Origin: Thecamonas trahens ATCC 50062
Lineage: Eukaryota; Protista; Apusomonadida
DNA: 64,000 nt
Direction of reading: 5' to 3'
NCBI RefSeq assembly: GCF_000142905.1
Contig: NW_013657658.1
Span: 62,001 to 126,000 of the forward strand
Shown here: positions 63,188 to 64,000 of the stretch, in pieces
Position numbering within the stretch: position 1 is the stretch's first letter
Layout: the number at the start of each line of letters is the position of its first letter
The notes under the pieces: model-generated
What the model was told of the DNA's origin: nothing
Databases searched by the model: none
The model's input: the letters and a program-made list of their open reading frames with translations, nothing else
Made by a program: the position numbers and the translations under genes

Positions 63188-64000
63188 CTACAGGTTGCCG
63201 AGGTGCTCGCGGATGACGTCCTCGGACAGCAGGCGGAACTTGCCGGTCTCGACATCGACGACGCCGACCTCAATGTTGGTCTCGTCCATCTCGCCGTCAA
63301 AGCCGTCCTTAAGGGTGAGGAGGGCGGTGTGGACAGCGTCTTCGAGATCGAGATCCTCGGTGTAGCGCTTCTCGAGGAACTTGCGGGCCGAGATGTAGTT
63401 CTTGCCGATGGCCGCCGCCTTCCACGCCCAGTACGAGCCGGACGGATCGACCTGGAACAGGTGCGGGCCGGTCTCGTCGCAGCCTGCCACCAGGAGCGAG
63501 ACGCCGAACGGCCGAACGCCGCCCGACTGGGTGTACTCCTGCATGACCGAGGCGAGCTCGCGGACGGTCTCCTGGGTCGGCGACGCCTCGAGATAGGTGC
63601 GGTAGTATGCCTGGGCCGCTTTGCGGCCCTTGCGGAGGAGGACCTTAAAGTCCGGGCCCATACCGGCGTATGTCACGCCCGTCGCCTCGTTGAGCATGGC
63701 CACCTTTTCCACCGACTCGGCCTCGATCAGCAGCGACGGCATCTTCTTCTCGGTGGCAATGACCACTCCGTTGGCGGCTGGACGGGAGAGGGGGGGGAGG
63801 AGGGGAGGAGAGGGTGTGTGTGCTCATGAGTGGTAGACAGGCGGGGAGGAGGGGAGGGAAGGAGGGAAGGTAGGCTCGAGGCTGGCGTGTGTGGAGGGGG
63901 AGGACAGGGCGTGGGGGTGGGCAGGGGACTGACAAGGTCGGGTCGCCTCCTGCACAGGTCGCACTCGGGCGGGGCGAGGGCAGGCTACGTACCCTTAATA
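63188..64000 (-). CDS. PSMA2: Proteasome subunit alpha type-2, 5'-partial; intron 63992-63778
   Basis: IK|AANGVVIATEKK...YAGMGPDFKVL...MQEYTQSGGVRPFGVSLL...QVDPSGSYWAWKA.AIGKN...FLEKRY; donor GTACGT, acceptor CAG. Confidence 0.95.

Overview
This is GC-rich, gene-dense, intron-poor eukaryotic nuclear DNA, not prokaryotic. It has short GT-AG introns with GTACGY donors, poly-C/poly-G and (CA)n tracts between genes, two N gaps, and typical eukaryotic housekeeping genes. The style is consistent with an apusomonad such as Thecamonas trahens, but that is inference only. About 32 protein genes are present. Recognisable ones include AGMO, RPL10A, TRAPPC6, VPS35L, RNase H1, RRN3, RECQL5, BLOC1S5, NIP7, GCSH, EXOSC1, PSMA2, a JmjC hydroxylase, an exostosin/GT47 enzyme, a CotH kinase and a RasGEF. 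Three identical tRNA-Thr(AGT) genes sit in an inverted duplication, and there are two minisatellites and a ~390-bp piggyBac relic. The most notable items are: (1) a TIR-NB-ARC-WD40 NLR/Apaf-like candidate immune receptor next to a disrupted Ubl/Ig-like gene; (2) a rhomboid with the iRhom-type GPx motif; (3) a talin-head-like FERM protein with no rod and a hydrophobic C-terminus; (4) a kinesin-1-like motor fused to three SH3 domains; (5) a PGRS-like Gly-rich FYVE protein. Six frameshifts in five genes can each be repaired by adding one base, most likely homopolymer sequencing under-calls. All family calls come from motif recognition by eye; no searches were run.
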